Shown in pieces: positions 37,151 through 47,103 of a DNA stretch of 64,000 bases. Each line of letters begins with the position of its first letter. Position 1 is the stretch's first letter. Origin of the DNA: Thermoanaerobaculia bacterium. GTDB lineage: Bacteria > Acidobacteriota > Thermoanaerobaculia > UBA5066 > Gp7-AA6. The DNA lies in assembly GCA_038203955.1 (NCBI GenBank), contig JBBRDK010000003.1, positions 3,739 through 67,738 of the forward strand, read 5' to 3'. The position numbers and the translations under genes are program-made. Below the pieces are notes generated by a model that saw only the letters and a list, made by a program, of their open reading frames with translations, was not told the origin of the DNA and searched no databases.

Positions 37151-38285
37151 ATTCCGCGCGGACGTGCAGCTCCGCCGGATCCGCATACCCCTCGCTGTCG
37201 TGTCCGCCGTGGTACTCGGACGCGCCCGGACGGGCAATGCGCGACTGCGGGACGATGCGATCCCGCGAGAGTCCCCGGAAATCCTCCAGGCTCTTCCAGC
37301 CGCGGTCGGCGCGCTTCTCGAGGAACTCCGTCATGTCCCGAATCAGCGCTTTGATGACGTTGGGACCGACCGCGCGGTCCAGCATGGCGGCGGTGCACAC
37401 CTGGACGGTTCCGCAGCCCAGGAGAAAGTAGTTCAGGGCGTGGGCGAAGCTCGCGATCCCGCCGATGCCGGAGAAGCTGCGGTCGGGGAAGGCGCACGTC
37501 ATCTGGGCGACCTTCGCCAGGGAGAGCGGGAGAATCGCGGGGCCTCCGAGCCCTCCCGTCGAGACGAGGCCGTCGACGTTCACCTCGAACTCGAGGGTTT
37601 CCGGGTCGACCAGCGGAAGCGAAGTGAACGTGTTGGAAGACGAGATCGCATCCGCGCCGCCCAGGAATGCGGCCTTCGCCTCGAGGACGATGTCCGTCGT
37701 CGAAGGGGTCAGCTTCGCCCACACAGGAATGCGGGACACCTCACGAACGACCTGCGCCACCACGGAAACGAGCTCGCGGTCGCGCCCGATGTTGGAGCCC
37801 ATGTCCTGCCGGTCCATGTGCGGACACGAAAGATTGAGCTCGAGAGCATCGGCGCCTTCGTCCTGGCAGACCCGCGCCAGCGTCTGCCAGTGCGCGAGCT
37901 CGGTGTCGCTGCCGGACCCCGCCATGATCGAGGCGATGAGAACCTTACCGGGGTGCGCCTTCTTGATCCGCGAAATCCGAGGCGCCCACCAGTCGAGGGT
38001 CTTGTCCGAGATCAGCTCCCAGTTCCAGGACGAGTGGAGCGCCGTGCCCGGGCGTTTCTGCATCGAGATCCCGGTGGAGTCGATCTGGGATCGGAGGAAC
38101 TTGGTCTTCGGGCCCCGCACGTTGACGACGGGATGGAGGCCGATCGTTTTGGTGACCACGCCTCCCCAACCGGCTTCGAACGCCCGGAGGATGTTCGCCT
38201 CCGACTCCGTGGGCGGAGCGGAGGACAGAAGGAAGGGATTCTCGAACCGGACCCCCGTGAAGTTAACCGAGAGATCGACGCTCAT
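37149..38285 (-). CDS. preA: dihydropyrimidine dehydrogenase FMN subunit (PreA/PYD1-like, no C-terminal Fe-S domain)
   Basis: NPFLLSSAPPT, GWGGVVTKT, NWELIS, ELNLSCPH, WAKLTP, SGIGGI, VQVCT. Confidence 0.88.
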   Translation of the reverse strand: MSVDLSVNFTGVRFENPFLLSSAPPTESEANILRAFEAGWGGVVTKTIGLHPVVNVRGPKTKFLRSQIDSTGISMQKRPGTALHSSWNWELISDKTLDWWAPRISRIKKAHPGKVLIASIMAGSGSDTELAHWQTLARVCQDEGADALELNLSCPHMDRQDMGSNIGRDRELVSVVAQVVREVSRIPVWAKLTPSTTDIVLEAKAAFLGGADAISSSNTFTSLPLVDPETLEFEVNVDGLVSTGGLGGPAILPLSLAKVAQMTCAFPDRSFSGIGGIASFAHALNYFLLGCGTVQVCTAAMLDRAVGPNVIKALIRDMTEFLEKRADRGWKSLEDFRGLSRDRIVPQSRIARPGASEYHGGHDSEGYADPAELHVRAE

Positions 38286-38328
38286 GACGCCTCCGGATGG
38301 AAACCGGAAATTGTACGCTTCTTGAGGA

Positions 38329-38537
38329 CGGCAGGCGGCAGGCGGCAGGCGGCAGGCGGCAGGCGGCAGGCGGGAGGCGGTGGGGAACGGGGATCGGGAG
38401 CCGAGCGACCAGCGGGAGCGAGACGGCCGCGGTACTCCGCGGTCAACTAGATCGGAAATCGAAGGGAGGCGCCGTTTGCGGGCCGCTCCAGGCATGAAAC
38501 GCCGGAACTGAGAACTGACGACTGATAACTGACGACC
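38329..38537. repeat. compound intergenic block: (CGGCAGG)6 + REP-like element + (ACTGANN)4
   Basis: Seen directly between divergent preA and mmsA. Confidence 0.9.
38395..38455 (+). repeat. 62-bp REP-like hairpin element, copy 3
   Basis: Matches copy 1; preceded by (CGGCAGG)6. Confidence 0.9.
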
Positions 38538-38578
38538 CATTCAGATATCCTTCCCCTTCCGCCCAAGGAGGTTCGCCC

Positions 38579-40078
38579 ATGGCCAGCACTGCGCTCTCGG
38601 AAGGCACCACCCGCCGCTCGCAGAGCGATGTACCCATCCTCCCGAACTACATCGGGGGACGCTGGGTGGAGTCCCGGGCCCGCGAGTTCCAGGACGTCAC
38701 CAACCCCGCCCGCGGCGAGGTCATCGCCCGAACGCCTCTCTCCCCCGGCGCCGAAGTCGACCAGGCGGTGGACGCGGCGAAGAAAGCCTTTCCGGCGTGG
38801 AGGGACACCCCGGTCGTCGCGCGGACGCAGGCCCTCTACCGGTTCAAGGCACTCTTAGAAGAGCATTTCGAGGAGCTCGCGTCGATCGTCACCACCGAGC
38901 ACGGAAAGACGCTGGATGAGGCGCGCGGCAGCGTGCGGCGCGGCATCGAGTGCGTCGAGGTGGCCTGCGGCGCTCCGTCCCTTTCGATGGGCTACTCGCT
39001 CGAGAACATCTCCTCCGGCGTCGACTGCCAGGCCTACAGGCAGCCGGTGGGCGTGTGCGCCGCGATCGCGCCGTTCAACTTCCCCGCCATGGTTCCGCTC
39101 TGGTTTCTCCCCTTTGCGGTCGCCACCGGAAACACGTTCGTCGCCAAGCCCTCGGAGCAGGTGCCGCTCTCGCAGAAGCGGATGTTCGAGCTTCTCGAAC
39201 AGTGCGGCCTTCCTCCCGGTGTCGTGAACCTGGTCAACGGCGGCCGCGAGGCGGTCGAAGCCATTTGCGACCACCCCGGGATTTCCGCCGTGTCCTTCGT
39301 CGGCTCGACTCCCGTGGCCCGCGCGGTGTATCGCCGCGCGACGCACGCGGGCAAGCGCGTGCAGGCGCTCGGCGGGGCGAAGAATTTCGTCGTGGTGATG
39401 CCCGATGCCCAGTGGGATCGGGCGATCCCCGTGATCACCGAATCGTTCTACGGTTGCGCGGGCGAGCGCTGCCTCGCGGGAAGCGTTCTCGTCCCCGTCG
39501 GCGAGGCGCACGGCGTCGCTCGGGAACGCCTCGCCGAGGCGGCGCGCAGCCTGAAGGTCGGCGACGGGGCGGATCCGGACGTCGAGATGGGCCCGGTCAT
39601 CAGCGGCCGCCATCGCGAGAAAGTCCTCGGCTACATCGAGAAGGGCGTCTCCGAGGGAGCGCAGCTCCTTCTGGACGGCCGCAAGGTCGAAGTGCCCGGC
39701 CGCGAGAAGGGCTTCTTCGTCGGTCCGACGATCTTCGACGGCGTATCGCCCGAAATGACGATCGGGCACGAGGAGATCTTCGGTCCCGTGGCCTCGATCC
39801 ATCCCGTCGAGACGCTCGAGGGCGCAATTGCGGTCATGCTGGCGCATCCCAACGCGAACGCCACCTCCATCTTCACCTCGAGCGGCAAGTCGGCGCGAGA
39901 GTTTGCGCGCCACGCCTCCGCGTCCATGGTGGGCGTCAACATCGGGGTCGCCGCGCCGATGGCGTACTTCCCCTTCGGCGGTTCCAAGGACAGCTTTTTC
40001 GGCGACCTCAAGGTGCACGGGCGCGACGCCTTCGAGTTCTACACGGACAAGAAGGTCGTGATCTCGCGCTGGTTCTGA
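38579..40078 (+). CDS. mmsA: CoA-acylating (methyl)malonate-semialdehyde dehydrogenase
   Basis: PFNFPAMVPLW, SFVGST, GGAKN, GCAGERCLA, EEIFGPV, GVNIGVAAP, ends SRWF. Confidence 0.92.
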   Translation: MASTALSEGTTRRSQSDVPILPNYIGGRWVESRAREFQDVTNPARGEVIARTPLSPGAEVDQAVDAAKKAFPAWRDTPVVARTQALYRFKALLEEHFEELASIVTTEHGKTLDEARGSVRRGIECVEVACGAPSLSMGYSLENISSGVDCQAYRQPVGVCAAIAPFNFPAMVPLWFLPFAVATGNTFVAKPSEQVPLSQKRMFELLEQCGLPPGVVNLVNGGREAVEAICDHPGISAVSFVGSTPVARAVYRRATHAGKRVQALGGAKNFVVVMPDAQWDRAIPVITESFYGCAGERCLAGSVLVPVGEAHGVARERLAEAARSLKVGDGADPDVEMGPVISGRHREKVLGYIEKGVSEGAQLLLDGRKVEVPGREKGFFVGPTIFDGVSPEMTIGHEEIFGPVASIHPVETLEGAIAVMLAHPNANATSIFTSSGKSAREFARHASASMVGVNIGVAAPMAYFPFGGSKDSFFGDLKVHGRDAFEFYTDKKVVISRWF

Positions 40079-40117
40079 TCGACGGAACTCGACATCCGCG
40101 CGTAACGGAGGAAGAAC

Positions 40118-40990
40118 ATGCCACGGAAGGTTCTCGGCGGCCTGATTCAGTGCGCGAACCCGATCTCGGACCCCGGCGTGTCCACCAAGGAGATTTCCGA
40201 CGCGGCGATCGACGCGCACATTCCGCTGATCGAAGAGGCGGGAAAGCGAGGGGTTCAGATCCTCGGCCTGCAGGAAGTCTTCAACGGCCCGTACTTCTGC
40301 CCGTCGCAGGACGCCCGCTGGTATGACATGGCCGAGCCCGTCCCGGGCCCCACGACGGAGCGGCTCGCGCAGTACGCGAAGCAGTATCGGATGGCGATGG
40401 TGATTCCGGTCTATGAGCGCGAGCAGGCGGGCGTGTACTACAACACCGCCGCCGTGTACGACGCGGACGGCTCCTACCTCGGCAAGTACCGCAAGAACCA
40501 CATCCCCCACACGTCCGGCTTCTGGGAGAAATATTTCTTCAAGCCGGGAAATCTGGGTTATCCCGTCTTCCAGACCCGTTACGCGAAGGTCGGCGTCTAC
40601 ATCTGCTACGACCGCCACTTCCCCGAGGGAGCGCGGCTCCTCGGGTTGAACGGAGCGGAGATCGTCTTCAATCCGTCGGCCACCGTCGCCGGGCTCTCGC
40701 AGTACCTCTGGAAGCTCGAGCAGCCGGCGCACGCCGTCGCGAACGGCTATTTCATGGCCTGCAGCAACCGCGTCGGGACGGAGGCGCCCTGGAACATCGG
40801 AAAGTTCTACGGTTCGTCGTATTTCGTGGATCCGCGCGGCAACTTCCTCGCGGTCGGCTCCGAAGACAAAAACGAGCTCATCACGGCGGAGATGGACCTC
40901 GACATGATCGAGGAGGTCCGGCGCGTCTGGCAGTTCTACCGGGACCGGCGGCCGGAGACCTACGAAGCCATGGCATCGCTCGTCGGATGA
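40118..40990 (+). CDS. beta-ureidopropionase (nitrilase family)
   Basis: Catalytic E/K/C triad: LQEVF, KYRKNHIPH, ICYDRHFPE; pyrimidine operon context. Confidence 0.88.
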   Translation: MPRKVLGGLIQCANPISDPGVSTKEISDAAIDAHIPLIEEAGKRGVQILGLQEVFNGPYFCPSQDARWYDMAEPVPGPTTERLAQYAKQYRMAMVIPVYEREQAGVYYNTAAVYDADGSYLGKYRKNHIPHTSGFWEKYFFKPGNLGYPVFQTRYAKVGVYICYDRHFPEGARLLGLNGAEIVFNPSATVAGLSQYLWKLEQPAHAVANGYFMACSNRVGTEAPWNIGKFYGSSYFVDPRGNFLAVGSEDKNELITAEMDLDMIEEVRRVWQFYRDRRPETYEAMASLVG

Positions 40991-42366
40991 CGACGACTCT
41001 CATCCGCAACGGCACGATCGCGACGGCGACGGACCTCTACCGCGGCGACGTCTGGATCGAGGGAGAGAAGATCTCCGCGATCGGTTCGGCCCTGACCCGG
41101 CCGGCGGACGTCACCATCGACGCGTCCGGGAAATACGTTCTCCCGGGCGGGATCGACGTACACACCCATCTCGACATGCCGTTCGGCGGGACGACCTCCG
41201 CAGACGATTTCGAGTCGGGCACGGTGGCGGCGGCTCATGGCGGGACGACGTCCGTCGTGGATTTCGCGATTCAGTACAGGGGCCAGACCCTCCACCACGC
41301 CCGGGACGCGTGGATGAAGAAGGCGGACGGCAAGGCCGCCATCGACTACGGCTTTCACATGATTGTCACCGAGCTCGACGACAGGATCGAGGGGGAGATG
41401 GACGCCCTGGTCGGAGAAGGGATCACGTCGTTCAAGCTCTTCATGGCCTACCCGGGCGTCTTCATGCTCGACGACGCCTCCATCTTCCGGGCGCTGCTTC
41501 GCACCCGGGAGAACGGCGGCATGATCTGCATGCACGCCGAGAACGGGGGCGTCATCGAGGTGCTGGTGCAGAGGGCTCTGGCCGAGGGGCTCCGCGCGCC
41601 GAAGTACCACGCGCTGACCCGTCCCGTGCGCGCGGAGGCCGAGGCCACGCACCGGGCCATCGCGCTGGCGGAAATGGCGGACGTTCCGATCTACATCGTC
41701 CACCTCTCCGCCGCGGAAGCGCTCGAGAAAGTCACCGAGGCGCGGGACCGCGGCATCCCGGCGTATGCGGAGACGTGCCCCCAGTATCTTTTTCTTTCCT
41801 ACGCGAACTACGAGGAGCCCGGCTTCGACGGAGCAAAGTACGTCATGAGCCCCCCCCTTCGCGCCGCGGGGAACGAGGAGCAGCTCTGGCGCGGGCTCGC
41901 CGGGAACGACCTCCAGGCGATCTCGACGGACCACTGCCCGTTCTGCATGCAGGGACAGAAGGAGCTCGGCAAGGACGACTTCTCGAAGATCCCCAACGGG
42001 GCACCGGGAATCGAGACGCGAATGAGCCTCGTGTGGGACGGCGGCGTGCGCGCGGGAAGGATCTCGATCAACCGGTTCGTCGAGCTGACGTCCACGTCGC
42101 CCGCGAAGATCTTCGGCCTCTTCCCTCGCAAGGGCACGATCGCTCCCGGCTCCGACGCCGACATCGTGATCTTCGATCCGGAGAAGAAGGTGACGCTGTC
42201 CTCGAAGACACTCCACATGAAGGTCGACTACAACCCGTACGAGGGCCGCGAGGTCACGGGCGCGGCGGAGACCGTGCTCTCCCGCGGTCGGGTCGTGATC
42301 GACCGCGGCCGCTTCGTCGGGAAGCCCGGCGCAGGCTCATTTCTGAAGCGCGATCCCAGGTCGTAG
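40987..42366 (+). CDS. hydA: dihydropyrimidinase
   Basis: PGGIDVHTH, SFKLFMAY, HAENG, VMSPPLR, STDHCPF, IPNGAPGIE. Confidence 0.95.
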   Translation: MTTTLIRNGTIATATDLYRGDVWIEGEKISAIGSALTRPADVTIDASGKYVLPGGIDVHTHLDMPFGGTTSADDFESGTVAAAHGGTTSVVDFAIQYRGQTLHHARDAWMKKADGKAAIDYGFHMIVTELDDRIEGEMDALVGEGITSFKLFMAYPGVFMLDDASIFRALLRTRENGGMICMHAENGGVIEVLVQRALAEGLRAPKYHALTRPVRAEAEATHRAIALAEMADVPIYIVHLSAAEALEKVTEARDRGIPAYAETCPQYLFLSYANYEEPGFDGAKYVMSPPLRAAGNEEQLWRGLAGNDLQAISTDHCPFCMQGQKELGKDDFSKIPNGAPGIETRMSLVWDGGVRAGRISINRFVELTSTSPAKIFGLFPRKGTIAPGSDADIVIFDPEKKVTLSSKTLHMKVDYNPYEGREVTGAAETVLSRGRVVIDRGRFVGKPGAGSFLKRDPRS

Positions 42367-42385
42367 AGTCGAAAGAGGAGGCTCG

Positions 42386-43720
42386 ATGAGCACCACGAAG
42401 ACGTCCGCGCCCACGTCCGAGCTGACCCGCACGGTTCGGGAGAAGCACCGGGAGTTCCTCTTCCCGGCGACCATCCAGTACTACAAGGAACCGATCGTCC
42501 TGACCGAGGGGAAGGGCCTGCGCATCCGCGACGCCGACGGGAACGAGTATCTCGACTTCTTCGGCGGGATCCTCACGGTGTCCGTCGGCCACGCGAACGA
42601 TCGCGTCAACGCCGCCGTCCGCGCCCAGATCGACCGGCTCTCGCACGTCTCGAGCCTCTATCCGTCGCTCCCGGTCGTCGAGCTCGCCGAGCGCCTCGCG
42701 CGGATCACTCCCGGCAACCTGAAACAGACCTGTTTCACGGCGTCCGGCACCGAGGCCGACGAGACGGCGGTGATGATGGCGGAGCTCGCCACCGGCTCGA
42801 CCGAAATCATTGCGCTCCGCCACGGATACTCCGGCCGTTCCACCCTCGCGCAGTCTCTGACCGGGCACTCGACCTGGCGTCCGCTGCCGTCGATGGTGCC
42901 AGGCGTGAAGCACGCCGTGTCTCCATACTGCTATCGCTGCCCGCTGCATCTCACATATCCGAGCTGCGGGATCGCCTGCGCCCAGGACATCGACGAGCTC
43001 ATCCGCACGACGACCACGGGGCGCATCGCGGCCTTCATCGCCGAGCCGATCCAGGGGGTCGGAGGGTTCATCACGCCTCCGCCCGAGTACTTCGAGATCG
43101 CCGTCTCGATCATCCGGAAGTTCGGCGGCGTCTTCATCTGCGACGAAGTGCAGACGGGCTTCGGCCGGACGGGCGGCACGATGTGGGGCATCGAGCATTG
43201 GGGCGTCCAGCCGGACATCATGACGGCGGCGAAAGGCATCGCGAACGGGCTGCCCCTCGGCATGACGATCGCAACACCCGAGATTGCGGCCGCCCTGAAG
43301 GCGCTCACGATCTCCACGTTCGGAGGCAACCCGGTCTCGACGGCGGCCGCCAACGCCACCATCCAGATCATCGAAGAGGAAGACCTCGTCGGCAACGCCG
43401 GCCGCATGGGCGCCCTCCTCCGCGGCGGGCTCGAGGAGCTGAAGGCGCGTTTCCCGCACTCAGTCGGCGACGTCCGAGGAATGGGTCTGATGCAGGCGAT
43501 CGAGATGGTCGTCGACGAGGTCGCCCGCGATCGGACGCCCGATCCCGCTATGACGAACCGGGTGTTCGAAGCGGCGCGGGAACGCGGTCTCCTGATTGGC
43601 AAGGGCGGGCTGTACGGAAACACTTTCCGGATCGCTCCCGCCTTGAACGTCACCGCTCCGGACGTGTCCGAGGCTCTCTCGATCCTTCACGACTCGCTCG
43701 CGGCGGCCGGCGCGCGCTGA
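42386..43720 (+). CDS. class III aminotransferase (beta-alanine/AGXT2-like)
   Basis: YLDFFGGI, EPIQGVGG, DEVQTGFGRTG, DIMTAAKGIANG. Confidence 0.9.
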   Translation: MSTTKTSAPTSELTRTVREKHREFLFPATIQYYKEPIVLTEGKGLRIRDADGNEYLDFFGGILTVSVGHANDRVNAAVRAQIDRLSHVSSLYPSLPVVELAERLARITPGNLKQTCFTASGTEADETAVMMAELATGSTEIIALRHGYSGRSTLAQSLTGHSTWRPLPSMVPGVKHAVSPYCYRCPLHLTYPSCGIACAQDIDELIRTTTTGRIAAFIAEPIQGVGGFITPPPEYFEIAVSIIRKFGGVFICDEVQTGFGRTGGTMWGIEHWGVQPDIMTAAKGIANGLPLGMTIATPEIAAALKALTISTFGGNPVSTAAANATIQIIEEEDLVGNAGRMGALLRGGLEELKARFPHSVGDVRGMGLMQAIEMVVDEVARDRTPDPAMTNRVFEAARERGLLIGKGGLYGNTFRIAPALNVTAPDVSEALSILHDSLAAAGAR

Positions 43721-43740
43721 TCGGGAGGCGCGTCGGTCCC

Positions 43741-45849
43741 ATGCCCGCCGTCGGCCGGAACGTCCTCCGCAAGGAGGGCCGGGGGAAAGTGACGGGCGCG
43801 GCGAAGTACGTGGACGATCTCTCGTTTCCCGGCATGCTGTACGGGACGACGATCCGCTCGACGATCCCCCGCGGCCGGATCCGATCTGTCCGGCTCGAGT
43901 TCGATGCGTCCGAATGGGTGGTGGCCGGCGTCTCCGACATCCCCGGACAGAACGTCATCGCGCTCATCGAAGACGATCAGCCGTGCCTGGCCGACGGGCG
44001 CGTGAGGCACGTCGCCGAGCCGATCCTTCTTCTCGCGCACGCGGACCGGGAGGCTCTCGCCCGAGCGAAGGTCGCGATCGACTACGAACCGGAGACCCCC
44101 GTGTACGATCCGGCGGACTCGCCCCGGGTCTTCAAGGAGATCCTGATCGAGAAGGGCGATGTGGGAAGCGGGTTTTCACGCGCCGCCCGCGTCGTCGAAG
44201 GTGAATATCGCACCGGCCACCAGGAACAGCTCTACATCGAGTGCAACGGCGTCATCGCGGTTCCGGAAAACGGCGGCATCACCGTCTACGGTTCGCTCCA
44301 GTGCCCCTACTATGTCCACAAGGCGCTGGTCGTGCTTCTCGGGCTCCCGCCCGAAAGGGTGCGCGTCGTGCAGACGGAAACGGGCGGCGGGTTCGGCGGC
44401 AAAGAGGAGTACCCGTCGATGCTCGCGGGCCACGCCTCGATCCTGGCGCTGAAGGCGGGGCGTCCCGTGAAGATGGTCTACGACCGCGTCGAAGACATGC
44501 TCGCCACGACCAAGCGCCATCCCTCGATCGTCCGGCACAAGACCGGGGTCGCTTCGGACGGCAGGATCGTCGCGATGGACATCGACGTCCTGATGGACGG
44601 CGGCGCGTACCTCACGCTTTCGCCCGTGGTCCTCTCGCGCGGCGTCCTCCACGCGACCGGTCCCTACCGGTGCGACGACGTGCGGGTGCACGGCCGGGTG
44701 GTGATGACCAACACGCCCCCGAACGGAGCCTTCCGCGGCTTCGGTGCTCCCCAGACGCTGTTCGCCGCCGAAGTGCACATGGAGCGGATCGCGGAGGCCC
44801 TCGAGATGGATCCCGTTCGACTTCGGGAATTGAACCTCTTCCGGCCGGGCGACACGACCGCGACGGGCCAGGTCCTCGGAGCGGATTGCAGCGCGGCGGA
44901 AGTGCTGCGGGAGGCCGTGGCGCGCACGGGTTTCGAAGCGCGCCGGAAGGCGCTTTCGGGGACCAACGTCGGTCTCGGTCTCTCTCTCTTCTTTCACGGG
45001 TCCGGCTTCACGGGCGGAGGCGAAGTTCGCCTCGCCTCTCGCGCGTCCCTAGAGCTGACCCCCACCGGGGCGAGGATCCTCGTCGGGTCGACGGAGATCG
45101 GCCAGGGCACTCGGACCATCCATGCGCAAATCGTCGCAGACGCGCTTGGCATCCCGTACGAGAACGTCGAGGTGGCGGAGGCGGACACCGCGTGCGTGCC
45201 CGACAGCGGTCCGACCGTGGCGTCCCGGACCTGCATGGTGGTCGGAAAGATCCTGGAGAACTGCGCCCTCGAGATGAAGGCGCGCCTCGGATCCCTCTCT
45301 CCCGCGCGCTACCTCGAGCTCCACCCCCCTCTGGTGGTCACCCGCGAGTACGAGAAGCCGGCCGAGCTCGAATGGAGCGACGAGACCTACCGCGGCGACG
45401 CCTACGGCGCCTACGGCTGGGGCTGCAACGTCGCCGAGGTGGAACGCGACCCCGACACCTTCGAGATCCGGCCCATTCGGCTGACGGCCGTTTGTGAGAT
45501 CGGAAAGGCGATTCATCCGACACTCGCCGCCGGCCAGATCGAGGGCGGGACCGCGCAGGGGATCGGCTACGCGATTCTCGAGGAGGTCGTGTTTCGCGAC
45601 GGCGCGATGGCCAACGCGCAGATGACCAACTACGTGGTCCCGACGACGCTCGACACGCCTCCGATCGACGTGGTGATCCTCGAAAGCGCGTATCCGCACG
45701 GCCCTCACGGCGCCAAGGGAATCGGCGAGATGCCGATCGACGGCCCGGCGCCCGCGATCGTGAACGCGATCCGGCACATGGGCGTCGACCTGCGGCAGAT
45801 CCCGGCGACGCCTGAGCGGGTGATGGAGGCGTCCTGCGTTTCCTCCTGA
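43741..45849 (+). CDS. xanthine dehydrogenase family molybdopterin-binding subunit
   Basis: KVTGAAKYVDD, GGGFGGKE, AFRGFGAPQ, EIGQG, GQIEGG, KGIGE. Confidence 0.93.
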   Translation: MPAVGRNVLRKEGRGKVTGAAKYVDDLSFPGMLYGTTIRSTIPRGRIRSVRLEFDASEWVVAGVSDIPGQNVIALIEDDQPCLADGRVRHVAEPILLLAHADREALARAKVAIDYEPETPVYDPADSPRVFKEILIEKGDVGSGFSRAARVVEGEYRTGHQEQLYIECNGVIAVPENGGITVYGSLQCPYYVHKALVVLLGLPPERVRVVQTETGGGFGGKEEYPSMLAGHASILALKAGRPVKMVYDRVEDMLATTKRHPSIVRHKTGVASDGRIVAMDIDVLMDGGAYLTLSPVVLSRGVLHATGPYRCDDVRVHGRVVMTNTPPNGAFRGFGAPQTLFAAEVHMERIAEALEMDPVRLRELNLFRPGDTTATGQVLGADCSAAEVLREAVARTGFEARRKALSGTNVGLGLSLFFHGSGFTGGGEVRLASRASLELTPTGARILVGSTEIGQGTRTIHAQIVADALGIPYENVEVAEADTACVPDSGPTVASRTCMVVGKILENCALEMKARLGSLSPARYLELHPPLVVTREYEKPAELEWSDETYRGDAYGAYGWGCNVAEVERDPDTFEIRPIRLTAVCEIGKAIHPTLAAGQIEGGTAQGIGYAILEEVVFRDGAMANAQMTNYVVPTTLDTPPIDVVILESAYPHGPHGAKGIGEMPIDGPAPAIVNAIRHMGVDLRQIPATPERVMEASCVSS

Positions 45850-46274
45850 ACGGGCGGGACACCGACCTGTCGGCCCACCCGATGAAGCGGCTCCTGGACG
45901 TGCTCCGCGAAGACTGCGCGCTCACCGGCACGAAGGAGGGCTGCGGCGAGGGCGAGTGCGGGGCCTGCACCGTGCTGATCGACGGACAGGCCGTCAACTC
46001 GTGCCTCGTGCCGTTCGCTCAGGTCGCCGGCTCTTCCGTCACGACGATCGAGGGGCTCACCGGCGCCGAGGCGCTCCAGTCCGCGTTCATCCGCGAAGGC
46101 GGCGCCCAGTGCGGTATCTGCACGCCCGGAATGATCCTCGCCGCGGTCGCGCTCCCGGGAGACGCCGGCCTCCAGGAGATTCGCCGCGGCCTCGCCGGAA
46201 ACATCTGCCGATGCACCGGGTACGAGGGGATCTACCGGTCTCTTCGGGCGGCCGCGATTCCAGCGGCCGACTGA
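45834..46274 (+). CDS. xanthine dehydrogenase family (2Fe-2S) subunit
   Basis: KEGCGEGECGACTV, QCGICTPG, GNICRCTGY; start is CTG 45834 after GGAGG or ATG 45882. Confidence 0.92.
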   Translation: MRFLLNGRDTDLSAHPMKRLLDVLREDCALTGTKEGCGEGECGACTVLIDGQAVNSCLVPFAQVAGSSVTTIEGLTGAEALQSAFIREGGAQCGICTPGMILAAVALPGDAGLQEIRRGLAGNICRCTGYEGIYRSLRAAAIPAAD

Positions 46275-46281
46275 GGGACGG

Positions 46282-47103
46282 ATGCGCACCGCCCTCTCTT
46301 CGTTGTCCCTTCTCGAGCCCCGGTCGCTGGAGGAAGCCCTCTCGATGCTGCGGGACGCGCCCGGGACCACCCCCCTCGCCGGAGGCACGGACCTCTACGT
46401 GGGTCTCAACTTCGGGACCGTCCGCGAGACGCGCTTTCTAGATCTCTCCCGGCTGCGCCCGCTGCGGGAGATCGCCCTGCAGGGGGACGTCCTCTCGATC
46501 GGCGCGCTCGCGACCTACACCGACATCGTGAGATCGGCCCTCGTGGCCGAACGCCTCCCGATCCTGGCGTCGGCCGCCCGTGAGATCGGCGGCGTGCAGA
46601 TTCAGAACCGCGGAACGCTCGGGGGAAACGTCGCGAACGCCTCTCCCGCCGGCGACACCCTTCCGGTTCTCGCGGCCGCGGACGCCGTCGTCGTACTCGA
46701 AAGCGCCGGCGCGAGCAGGCGAATTCCGTTCACCGGGTTCTACACGGGATATCGGAAATCCGTGCGCCGCTCAGACGAGCTGATCGTCGCGATCGAGATT
46801 CCTCCCGTCGAGGGGCGTCAGTGGTTCCGCAAGGTCGGCACACGGGCCGCCCAGGCGATCTCGAAAGTGGTGATGGCCGGCATTCGCTCTCCCCGCCCCC
46901 GGCTCGCCCTCGGGTCCGTCGCGCCGACCGTCCTCCGTCTGCCGCTCACCGAGGCGTCGCTCGCGGCGTCCGGGTCGATCCAGGAGGCCCGGCGCGTGCT
47001 CGCGAGCGAGATCCATCCCATCGACGACCTGCGCTCGACCGCTGCCTACCGGCACCGCGTCGCGGGAAATCTTCTCGCACAGTTCTGGAGGGAGACGGCG
47101 TGA
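46282..47103 (+). CDS. xanthine dehydrogenase family FAD-binding subunit
   Basis: LAGGTDL, QIQNRGTLGGN.ANASPAGD, PIDDLRSTAAYR. Confidence 0.92.
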   Translation: MRTALSSLSLLEPRSLEEALSMLRDAPGTTPLAGGTDLYVGLNFGTVRETRFLDLSRLRPLREIALQGDVLSIGALATYTDIVRSALVAERLPILASAAREIGGVQIQNRGTLGGNVANASPAGDTLPVLAAADAVVVLESAGASRRIPFTGFYTGYRKSVRRSDELIVAIEIPPVEGRQWFRKVGTRAAQAISKVVMAGIRSPRPRLALGSVAPTVLRLPLTEASLAASGSIQEARRVLASEIHPIDDLRSTAAYRHRVAGNLLAQFWRETA

